In this document: piece by piece, positions 17,196 to 29,100 of the stretch
Layout of the letters: every line of letters starts with the position of its first letter
Numbering within the stretch: position 1 is the first letter of the stretch
Virus record (IMG/VR): IMGVR_UViG_3300010362_000066
Location: 1 to 33,110 of that record
Origin: a virus
Lineage: Duplodnaviria > Caudoviricetes
Length of the DNA stretch: 33,110 bases
Strand: one strand, 5' to 3'
Position numbers and translations under genes: made by a program
The notes under the pieces: generated by a model
Database searches by the model: none
What the model was told of the DNA's origin: nothing
Seen by the model: the letters and a program-made list of their open reading frames with translations, nothing else

Positions 17196-20100
17196 ATGGC
17201 CGGCAATCCTTTCGACGAGCAACTCGAGCAACTCACCGACGAGGAGAAGAAACAGAACCCGTTTCTCGAGGGGGCATTCCAAATCCGGGCGGCCGAAGAA
17301 GCGGCGCTCAAGACGTCCTTCAACGTCGGCGGCAACGTCTCGCCGGACCACGCCGCAGCCATTCTGAAAATCTCGCGCGAGACAGGCGCGCCGGAAGGCC
17401 TCGTCACGCGCCGCTACGATACCTTCCGGCGCCAAGTCGACAGCGACCAGGCCCACCGCGATGCCAAGGACACGCGCACCCTCGCCGACTGGCTCGGGAA
17501 TCCGACGAATGCCGCCGTCGCGCACGATGATGTGCCCACGCTCGCCGGCATGGAGCGGAGCCTCACGCTCGGCAGCAAGGCGACGAAGCCGTCACCGGAG
17601 GCGCAGCGCTTGTCGCGCTTGCTGGGGCAACTGCCGCTCAGCGACCTGACCGCGCAAATGGTATCGGCGGCCGCGAGTCAGAGCACGCCAACCGCCGACT
17701 TGATCACGCCCGGCAACATCGACCTCTTCGCGCAACCGCGCGTCCGCAACGCCGATGGCAGCATCAGCACCGTCGACAGCATCGGTGTCGAGCTCGATGG
17801 GAAGGAAGTGCTGTTGCCGACAGTCACACCGGACGGCCGGCACTTCGTCGGTGATCCGCAAGTCGTCCAGCAGCAGGCGGTCGACGAGTATCGGAAGACG
17901 GGCCAACACCTCGGCATCTTCCGCACCGCCGCCGCCTCAGACGCATACGCTGAGCGGCTCCATCGTCAGTATGCGGCCGGTGTCTACGATCAACCCGACC
18001 CGATGAAAGAGCCGGCGGCCCTCCGCGTGCCGGCGAACATCGCGCGGTCGACCGGCGCCGGCCTCATCGGCGGCGGCTACGGCAACATCGCCGGCGCCGT
18101 GCAAATGCTGGCGGACGTCTACAGCGAGGCGCGCCGCGACATCGGCGATGTGTTCGCGCACATTCGGTCCTTCCCGTCGATCGCGTTTCAAGGCTGGGCG
18201 CCGCCAGCAGCGCCGCAGAAAACGACCATCGGCGAGCTCGCCAAGCGCGAGGCGGAACGTGGCGAACGAGTCGCGCAAGCGCTCGGCCCGCCGCCGGCGA
18301 AGTACGGCTACGTCGAGCAACAGGTCTACAGCGGCTTTGAATCCGTCGGCGCGAACCTCCCAGGCATGGTCGCCGGCGTCCTCACGGCCAACCCGGAGCT
18401 CGGCCTCGGCCTGATGGGCGCCTCGAGCACGGGCGGGGCGTACCGGCAGGCGCGCAAAGAAGGCCTCGACGTCTACGAGGCGGCGGCGTTCGGCGGTCTG
18501 CAAGGGACGATCGAGGTCGCGACCGAAGGCCTGCCGATGCACTACTTCGTCGAGGACCTCACGCACAACGCGCCGCTGCGGAAACTGATCGTCCACCAAC
18601 TCGCGACCGAGCTACCGGGCGAGGAGATCGCGACCCTGTTGCAGGACCTAGTGGAGTGGGGCGAGCTCCCGTCGAACAAAGACAAGACGTTCGCTGACTA
18701 CCTCTGGGCACGGCCCGAACGCGCGGTCGCAACGGCGATCAGCACGATTGTCATGATCGGCACGTCGAGCATCGGCGGGCACGCCGCGAAGGCGGTTTTC
18801 GATCGGCTCGGCGCCGACGCGCAGAACTCCAACACGCTGAAGCGGGACCCCGCCTCCGTCGATGCGCTGATGACGCAGGCCGGCATCGCCACTGGCGTGA
18901 CGCACGTCTACGCGCCGACCGAGACGTTCACGACGTTCTATCAAGAACAAGGCATCGACCCGCGCGCGAAAGCGACCGAACTCACCGGCGACCCGACGGC
19001 GTATGACCGCGCCGTCGATCAAGGGCAAGACCTCCCGATTCCGATCGGCGCGTACGTGACCAAGATCGCCTCGGACCCGGTCGCGAATGCGTTCTTCTCG
19101 AATGAGTTCCGGCTCGACCCCAGCGAGCAGAACCGTCGCGAGCGTCTGGCGAGTCGCGAGGCGATGACCGAAGCGGCCGCGGCCGGCACCAAGACCGCCG
19201 ACGCCGACAAGAACGAACCGGTGCGGCTCGCGATTCGGGACCAACTCGAGGCGAGTGGCTACACGCCCGAAGTGGCCGACTTTCAGTCGCGCTTCTTCTT
19301 GCGCGTGTTCACGCGCTTGGCCGCGCGCGAGAAGGTCAATGCCGCGGACCTCTTCGCGCGCTACGGCCTCCGCATCGAGCGGCCCGACCTCCAGGCGCCG
19401 GAGCTCCGCGAGGCGCTCGAACGCGTGCGGACAGCCGCTGCGGAAGGGCGCACCGACCACCTCCAAGACCTCGCGAAGCATCCGGACAAGCAGGTCGCCG
19501 CGGCCGCCGAGGCCGCGCTGAAAGTCATGCAGGCGCAAGGCACCGACATCGCCGGCGCGCAAGTCGCGACGTCGATGAAGGATGAATCCATCGAGCGCCT
19601 GCGTGAGGTCGCCTCGAGTTCGGACCCAGTGCAGGCCGAGGCCGCACGCAACGAACTCACGACGCGCGAGATGCTGCCGCCGACACCCACGATCGAGCCT
19701 GGCGCGCCGGTGGGCGAAACCGTCGCCGCCGAAGCGCCGCCTGCGGCGGAAACGATCCCGCCGGCGCCGACCGGTCTGTCGCCAGAGGTCGAAGCGTATG
19801 TCGCCGCCATCCGCGCGCGCGCCGAACAGGCCGAAGCCGCGCGCGCGGCCGCCGAACGCGAAACCGCGCAGGAACGCGGCGAACGGCGCAAAGAAGAACG
19901 GCGCGCGATGACCGATCCGCTCACCGGCTTAGGTAGTCGCCGCGCCTACGATGCCGCGCTCAAGTCCGTCGAGGCCGATCCGAACATGGCCGTGATCGTG
20001 TTCGACGGCAATAATTTCGGCGCCGTCAACAAAGTTGCACAGAATCTCGGCGGCGGCCAGGAAGCCGGCGATGCGATAATCAAAGCGGGCGCGGACGCCG

Positions 20101-23100
20101 TCAAGCAGGCGGCTACTGAGTTTGGGTATGGCGCGCGCGTCTTCCGTCGGGGCGGCGATGAGTTCGTCGTCTTCGCTCCGCATGAATTCAAAGAGGCGAT
20201 TCGGCTTCGCGCCGAGCAACTCTTCACGCCTCGCGAATTCACGAAAGAGAACGGCGACACCTTCGAGGTGTCGCTCAGCGGATCGCACGGCAACACGTTT
20301 GCCGAAGCCGATGCGATCCTTCAAGCGGCTAAAGCCGAACGAAAGGCCCAGTATGCCCCTCGACCTCCGGCGAGTCGACCAACTGATCGCCTCCGGATCT
20401 CCCGTGAGAGCGGCGTTCCGCCAAGCCGCCCGCGAGAACGCGAAACGCCTGCGGGCCGCGAACGACGCAAGAGTCAACACCTGGATGCAGTCTTTGATGA
20501 ACTCCTCGGCTACGCCCGCGAACTCGACCCCACCGTCGACCCCGCCGCCCTCCGCGCCGAATTCGACTACCGAATAAACGCGCTTGAAGAGCGCGAAGCC
20601 GCGGTGCGTGGCGATGACGTGCCCACGCCGCGCGGCCTGCTTGAGGCGGTCGCGAAGCTCGGCGGCATCGGCGACGATCCTACGTTCCCTGGCGAACTGA
20701 AGTGGCTGAAGGAGGGGCAGACCTTCGGTCGCGTGCAGGGTGTGCGTGGCGTGTTCCAGAAGACCACGCAGGACGCGCGTGGCGTGCGCCAGACGGGCCA
20801 TAGCCTCGACGGCATGCTGGAACTGCTCCGGCAGGACCCGCGCTTCGCCGGCCTGCAGAACATCAACCACCTGATCGACGCGATCGACGATGCCATCCGG
20901 CATCCGCTCGAGGACGAGGGCGGCACGTTTCCCAGCACCGCCGAGTATGCGGCCGACCTGCAGATGTGGCCGGACGAGACGTGGTGGGAGGACTCCTGGC
21001 AGCGTCAGCCGGCGGCCGCCGAGCTCGCCGCCGCAGCGCCAGAGGGCATGCTCGAGCAGCGCCGGCCGCGCAAACAACCATCATTGCGCCGCGGCCAGAC
21101 CGTCCAACAGAACATCTACGGTGACCAGCGCTGGCACGTCGTCAACGCTCGGGGCGAATGGGGCCGCCAGAGCTACGCGACAGAGGCCGAGGCGCGCGCG
21201 GCCATGCTCGAGCCGCCCCGCGCGCCGAAAACGGGCGAGGGCGAACCTTACGAAACGGCCGCCGTTCACATCACGACGCCGGGCGGGCTGGCCGGCATTC
21301 GTGCGACGGGCTTCGATGTCGCGCGTGGCGGCGGCCTTGGCGGCGATACCTACGGCCCTGGGATCTATCTCGCCGACCGTTCCAGCGATGCGGCCAGCTT
21401 CTGGCGGGAGCAACTTCGCACGCGCGAGGCGTCGGGCGAGATCGAGACGACAGCGCTGCCGGCGCAAGTCAGGCTCCAGAACGCGCTGGTCGTCGAGGAC
21501 ATGCGCCCAGTCGGCGGCCGATACGGCGGCGACCTCATGCGCCAGCTCGACCGGCGCGACATCGTCGCCAAGCAGATGCCGGACCAACTCGCGCGGTTCG
21601 ATGAACTCGTCAAGCAGCACGACGGCTCAGAGAACCAGGCCCTCGGCCAACTCGCGCGCGAGAACGGCTACGACGGGCTCGTCTTCGAGCGCCGCCTCGG
21701 CACTGAGATCATCGCGTTCGATCCCAAGTCCGTCACGTTCGAGGGCGTAACGCCGCCAGCAGCCGAGGACGTGCTCCCGACCGGCGAAGTGCAACCTCGG
21801 TTGCCGGGGGCCGAGCCGGTCCGCGAGCAAGAGATCGCCACGCCACAAGTCGCCGAGGCGCAGTTCGCGCTCACGCCGCCGCCGGCGAAGCCGACGACGC
21901 CGGACCAGGGCACGCTGTTCCAGATGGCCGATGCGGCGACGGCCGTCGAGAACGTGGCCGCACTGGATGCGATGTTGCCCGTCGCCCGCGAGGGCAACTT
22001 CCCGAAGCGGCGTGATCTCAAAGTCCACATGCAGGAACTGGTGCGGCAGGCCGCCAAGGAGGCCGGCGCAAGTGTCGATCCGAGCACGCCTGAAGGGCAC
22101 GCCTACCTCGTCGGCATCGCGCTGCGCGATGTGCTCACCAGCCTCGGCTCGAATCCGAACGCCGTCGGCTGGTACGACGAGAAGACGCAGCAGGCGCTCG
22201 CCGTCGCCGCGCTGATTCATCCCGAACTCGAGCACGATGAGAACGCGCGCTTCGCCTTCACCTACGCGCTGGCGATTCATTCCAACGGTCTGCCCGTCAA
22301 TCAGAACTTCCAGATCGCGGATGCGGCCTACGAGGTCTACCGCAAGACGGGCCAAATGCCCTCGAACCTCGGCATCGGGGCGGCCCGTCAGCAGATCCGT
22401 CAGGCGGCTGAACTCTTCAACGAGCGCGTGCAGCAATGGGGCCTCGATACGTTCCGCAAGTTCATGCTCAGTGAGTTCACGGTCAGCGAACTCCGGCGGC
22501 TCGGCGAGGATGTGAACGGCGAGGCGGCGAGCGCGGTAGTGCGCGGCGCGGCCGTCATCGGGCCGAAGATCGGCAACGGGTTCTTCTCGAACCTCAATGG
22601 CTTCTTTGATGCGCTGACGATGGACCGCTGGCTGATGCGGACCTGGGGGCGCTGGACTGGGACGCTGCTGTTCGACAACGAGGCGCTCGTCCGCAAGAAG
22701 CGCGGCGAGTTACGGGACAGTGTGCGCCAGTTACTCGCGCGCGCCCCAGCGCAGGCGCGTGTCTTCGGCGAGGCGGTCGGGATCAATCTCGCCACGGTGC
22801 GGAAGCCGAAGGACATCGATGCGCTCGGACATGCCATTCGGAAGGCCAGCGCCGATCCGAACGTGCGCGCCGTCATGGCCGGCACGTCATGGGGCGATGC
22901 CGTCCGGCGTCACGGCAACATGCTCGGCGCGCATCTCGACGGACAAAAGGAGGCACCGGCCAATCCAGTCGAGCGTTCACAGATCCGCGCAGTATTTAGC
23001 GACGTCCTCGCCGAGCTCCAGCATCTCGGCTACACTGGAATGACGACGGCGGATTTACAGGCGCTGCTCTGGTATGCGGAGAAGCGGCTGTACGATGCCG

Positions 23101-26100
23101 GCACCTCGGAGAATGAGGTCGCGCAAGGCTACGAAGATTCCGAGGCACCAGACTATGCGAACGCGGCAAGCGCGCTCGCCCGTTCCAAGGGGATTAGCGA
23201 CGATGAAATCAACGCCACGCTTGCAAGAGTTACTCAGTCAACCGGTCGCGCCGATGACCGCGCAGGAGTTAGCGGACGAGCAGTTCCTGCAGCGGAAGCC
23301 GCGGAGCCCGGCGCAGGGCCAGCAGGACAAGCAGTTGGTCGAGGCTTTGCTCCAGCGGAACGAGAAGCCTTCCTCGCCCGCTACGCCAAAGCCCCCCACC
23401 ACGGAGCCGTCCATCTAACGCCCACGCTCGAGCGCGAAGCCCGCGCCGAGCCTGCCCGCATCCCCGGCAGCAGCAACCTCGGCACCTTCTTCCAATCGCT
23501 CCTAGACGCGGTCGACGAACAGACCGGCGCCCCGTTCTATTCCCGCCTGCAGCGCGCGGTCGAAACCTCCCAACAAGCGAAGGCGAGCGGCGCCCAGTGG
23601 AAGGCGACGATCAAGAACGCGAAGGTCGGCATCAATCGCGACGAGTACGCGCTCACCAGAGTCGAGGACCTCGAGGACGGCAAGACGTACACGAAGCAGG
23701 AAGTCCTCGACTACCTGAAACAGAACGCCGTGCAGGTCGAGACGCGCGTGCTCGGCGAACAGGCGGGCCCGTCCAAGGAGGCGATCCACCAACGGCGTCA
23801 GGCCATCTACGAAGGGTGGGTCGATGAGAAGGTCCAAGAGATTGAGGAGTATCGGGGCGGGCCGCCAGAGCTACCCACGCCGGAAACCGACGTTGGCTAC
23901 AACAAGGACGAGGGCGGATGGGAAGCGGCGGTCGATGGTGACGACCTCGGGTTTATCTACGACAGCCAGGAAGAAGCGCAGCAGGCGGCTGACGCAGAAG
24001 CGCAGAAGCGCCTTGAGAAAGATGAGCAAGACCTCCGAGAGGCTCTGCGCGACCATGCCCAATCGTTGTTGCCGCCCGATGCCTGGGACGAAGCCTTAAC
24101 GCAGGCCGAGCAAGAACTCGGCGCCGACCAAGCAGGTTCACGCTATGGCGAGTACGTCGAACCGGGCGGCGAACCTGGCTCCTATCGCGAGGTCTTCCTC
24201 ACGGCACCTGAGGCGGCCGCGACCGACAACGGGCAACAGTGGCAAGACGGCCATGAGGAGTACGGCGATATTGAGAACCCGATCGTGCGGTTGCGCTACA
24301 ACATTCGCACGACGGCCGACGGCCAGCGCGTGCTCTTCCTCGAGGAGGTGCAGCCGCCGCATGAGGACGAGCAGAAGCGAATGCCGGAGCTCTTCCGCAA
24401 AAACTGGCGCGAGATGGCGTTCAAGTACGCGCTCCGCATTGCCGCCGAGCAGGGCCTCGACGGGGTGACGTGGACACGCGGTGAACAGCAGGCGCAGCGC
24501 TATCGGCTTGAGCAGGTCGTGCAGAAGATCGACTGGACGCCGCTGACTGAACAAGAGCACGGCTTGGAGGGCAAGCACGTCATCATCAACACGCGGCGCG
24601 GGCTCATGGGCCTGATTGTGGAGCCCAACGGTCGGATAGCCGATACGCGAGCGCAAGCACCGGACGACTGGGTCGGCCGATCACTCGCCGATGTGATCGG
24701 CAAGGAACTCGCCTCGCAGGTTGTCGAAGGCGAGGCCCGTGGCGAAATCAGCGGCGAGGGTCTGAAGATCGGCGGCGAGGGCTTAAAGAAACTCTACGAC
24801 GTCGACTTCCGCAACGTCGTGAACAGCCTTCCGGCGGTCAAGCGCAGCGGGGCCAAGGTCGAGCGGCTCATCGTCAGCGAGCTCGGCACCGAAGGCCGCA
24901 TCACCAAGCAATTAGACGAACTCCACGAAGAGATGCAGCGTGAGCGGGCATACGGGCGGATGACGGAATCGATGGAGAACGTCTATCAGCGGCGCGAGCG
25001 CGAGCTCATGGCCTCACTCGCCGTCGCCGGGCTGGAAGGGGAACGCGAGACGAATCAAGGCGTGATGTTCACGCCTGAGCTCCGCGAGGCCGTCATGGGC
25101 GGCCAGACCTTGTTCCAGCGCGAGGGCGATGAGGGCGAGGCCGGCGCGGCCGCCCCGCCGGCCGAAGGCGCCGCGCCGACCGCACCACCACCAGGGCAGA
25201 CGGCGCGCGGTGGGTATTCGCGGCTCGCCTCAGGCCGCCTCATTCAACTGTTCGAGCAAGCCAACTTCTCGACGTTCCTCCATGAGACGGCGCACTTCTA
25301 CTTCGATGTCATGGCGGACTTGGCCGCGCGTCCCGATGCCTCGCCGGAGCTCCAGCGCGACATGGCAACCATCTTCAAATGGATCGGCCATGAGGGTGAC
25401 ATCCACGCGTGGCAGGCGCTCAGTCTCAACGAGCAGCGCGAGGGGCACGAGAAATTCGCAGACGGGTTCAACGCGTACCTGATGGAAGGCAAGGCGCCGA
25501 GTCTGCAGATGCAGACGATCTTCGATCGCTTCCGCGGCTGGCTGCTCGACATCTACAAAGCGGTCGAGGCCCTCGGCGTCAATCTCACGCCAGACGTTCG
25601 CGACGTCTTCGACCGGATGATCGCGACCGACCAGGAGGTCGCCGACGCTGAGCAGGCGCGCGACGTCCCGCCGCTGTTCTTGACACCCGAGCAGGCCGGC
25701 GTCTCGCGCGAACGGTTCGAGCACTATCGCCAGAAACTTGAGGACGCCTCCCGCCAAAGTCGCGAACGGCTCGAGAAGAAGGCGCTCGAGGATGTGCGCC
25801 GGCGCCAGACGGCCGAATGGCAAGCGCGCCGCGCGACGACCGAGACGCAGGTCCGCAGCGAGCTCGCCACGCAACCCGCCTACATCGCCCTGACGGCCAT
25901 GCAACGCGGCACGACGCCGGAGGGCGCGCCGCTGGTCGAGGGCCTCGAGGTCCGGCCGCAGAAACTCTCGCGCAAACTGCTGGCCGAGCGGTTCGGCGAA
26001 GAACGCGTCAAGCAACTCCGCGAGATCCCTGGTCCGTTGATCTACACCCGCGACGAACAGGGGCTTGATCCGGATTTGCTCGCCGAGCTCTACGGCTTCT

Positions 26101-29100
26101 CGAGTACCGATGAAATGCTCAAGGCCGTCCAGGCGGTGCTGCCCTACGAGCAAGCCGTCACCGCCGAAACCGACCGCCGGATGAAGGCGCAGTACGGCGA
26201 ACAGCCCGTCGAGAACCAACTCACCGACGCCTCGCGTGCCGCGCTGATGCACGACTCGCGTGAGGAGATTATTCGCGACGAACTCCGGATGCTCGCGCAA
26301 CTCCGGCAACGCAACGCCCGCGGCGAAGCGCGCGCCGACCTCGCGCAACAACGCGCGAACCAAGCCTACGAGCGCCGCTGGTTCGAGGCGGAAGCGCGTC
26401 TGCGGATCGCGATTGCGGAAGGCCGGAAGCAATCCGAGATCGATACGCTGCGCGACCAGCTCCGCACGCTGAAGGGGGAGGCCCGCGGCGGCGCGGCGCG
26501 CATCAATGCCGCGTTGCCCTCGGCCAAAGAGATCCGGTCCTACGCGCAGGCGACGATCAACGGGATGCTCGTCCGCGACATTCGACCCGACATCTACTGG
26601 GCGGCCGCGCGCAAAGCGGGCAAGGCGGCGGTCGACCACGCCGCCCGCCAGAATTTCGACGAAGCCATTAAGGCCAAGCAGCAGGAGCTCCTCAACACCG
26701 CGCTCTATCGCGAGGCCACGCGCGTGCTCGAGGAAGTGAACGCGCGGGCCCTGGCGGCACGGGACCTCGGCCGCGGGCCGGCGCGCGCGCGGTTGGGGCT
26801 CGCCGGCGAGACGTATCTGGATCAGGTCGACGGCATCCTCGACCGCTACGAATTCGCGCGGGTATCGAACAAGGTGCTCGAGCGCCGCGCCAGCATTCGC
26901 GCGTGGGTCGCCGCGATGCAAGGCGAGAACATGCCGGTCGAACTCCCCGAACTCGTCCTCGAGGAGGCCCACCGCAAGAACTACCGCGAGCTCACGGTCG
27001 AGCAGTTCATGGCGGTGACCGACGGCCTCGCGCAGATCGCGCACTTGGCGCAACTGAAGAACAAACTGCTGACCGCGAAGAAGCAGCGCGACTTCCAGAC
27101 GACGCGCGACGGCATCGTCGACCACATCGAGCAGCACGGGAAAGCGCGCCCGAAACCGATCGCGATCCGGATCAGCGATGCGCCGGCGCGCAAGGTCGGC
27201 GAGTGGATCGCCTCGCATACCAAGCTCGCCGAATTCATCGCGCGCCTCGACGGCTACGTCCAGGGCGGCCCGATGTGGACGGCGATCATGAAACCGCTGA
27301 ACGAAGCAGCGACACGGGCCGCCGTCATACAAGAGCGAGCCGCGCAGCGGCTCAGCGAGATTCTGACCACGGCGTACAGCGGCGCCGAGGTCGCTGCACT
27401 CCGCGGACCGAGCGCGAAACAGAAGGCGCTCGGGCTGGGCAAGGACACGCTGCTCTTCATTCCGGCGATCAACGCGAGCCTCACGAAAGAAGAGCGCCTC
27501 GCGGTCGCGCTCAACTGGGGCAATGCCGGCAACCGACAGCGGCTGATGGAGTCGGGCCGCAACTGGAACGAGACGCAGGTCCAGGCGATTCTCAACACGC
27601 TCGACGAGCGCGACCTGAAGTTCGTTCAGGACACGCTCGACTACATCAACTCGTTCTGGCCCCAGATCGAAGCGCAGGACCGCCGCCTCAAAGGCCTGCC
27701 GCCGGACAAGGTCGAGCCGGCGTCGTGGGTGCATCCGCAGTTCGGCGAACAGCGTGGCGGCTACTACCCGATCGCCTATGACGGACGGCTCTCCGTCCGC
27801 GCTGACCAACTGATCAACGCCGGCGAGGCGAATCTGCAGGCGCACGCGGCGTATGCGTACGCGACCACGCGTCATGGCTACACCAAAGAGCGCCAGGCCA
27901 AGGTCAACCAACCGGTCCGTCTCGAGCTCAGCGTGATGTACGAGCACCTCGAGCAGATCATTCATTCGCTGTCGCATCGCGAAGTGATGATCGACGTCGG
28001 CCGACTGCTCGCCGATCGGAAGATCCAAGACGCCATCGTGTCGCGCGAGGGCGACCTCGGCTACAAGGCGATGCGCGACAACCTCCTCGACATCGCGCTC
28101 GGGACGCAGCACGCCACGAACATCGTCGACCGGGCGATGACCTATCTTCGCAACGGCGGCACGCTCGCCGGCCTCGGCTGGAACGTGTGGACGGCAGTGC
28201 AACAACCGATCGGCATCCTGAACGGGGCGGTCATCAACGGGCCCGTGTGGCAGGCGCGTGGCCTGATGCGCTTCCTGCGCGACACCAGCACGATGGAGTG
28301 GAGCTCGCAGTGGGTGTACGCGAAGTCCGAGATGATGCGCCTGCGCGGGCAGACGGCGAACCGCGACATCGCCGAGATGCGGAATTCGCTCACCCGCAGC
28401 GGGTCTTGGTTCGACAACATCCTGCGAACCGTGAGCGGCGACCGCCTCGAGCGCGAGGACATCACCAACAGTTACCTCGCGCTGATTGAGCTCGGGCAGA
28501 AGATGGCCGACATCCCGACGTGGATCGGCGCCTACGAGCGGCACCGTAGCGCCGGTGAAACAGAGGAGCGGGCGACGGCGCTCGCCGACCAGGCGGTGCT
28601 CGATGCCCAGAGCGGCGGCCAGATGAAGGACCTCGCGAAAGTGCAGCGCGGCTCGCCGGCGTTCAAGCTGTTCACGATGTTCTACAGCTACGGCAACCTG
28701 ATGTTCAACCAGACGGTGCGCGTGTATGGGCGCGACTGGGTGCATGGCGGCTCGGTCGGCCAGATGCTCGGCAACCTGTCGCTGCTCTACATCGCGCCGG
28801 CGGCGCTCACCGTCGCACTCGCGAAGGCCTTCGGCAAGGGTGACGACAAGGAGCCGTGGTACCTCGCGATGGGCAAAGAGGTCCTCGCGACCGCCATGAA
28901 CATGATGGTGTGGGTGCGCGAGTTCGGTCCGCTCGCCACTGGGCGCACGGGCGGGCGCGGGTACGAAGGCCCGAGCGGCACCCGCTTCGTCTCGAGCGTC
29001 TACAAACTCGGGCAACAGATTGAGCAGGGCAAAGCCGACCGTGGCCTCGTCCGCGCGACCGAGGACGTGGCGAGCATTCTCTTCAAGCTGCCGCTCGGCC

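Noticed and set aside
20890-22215. Other +1-frame ORFs in the giant gene (20890-21750, 21931-22215; also 23824-24099) as nested genes
   Set aside because: R/S/P/T-rich shadow composition, host frame encodes sensible domain sequence, no convincing SD
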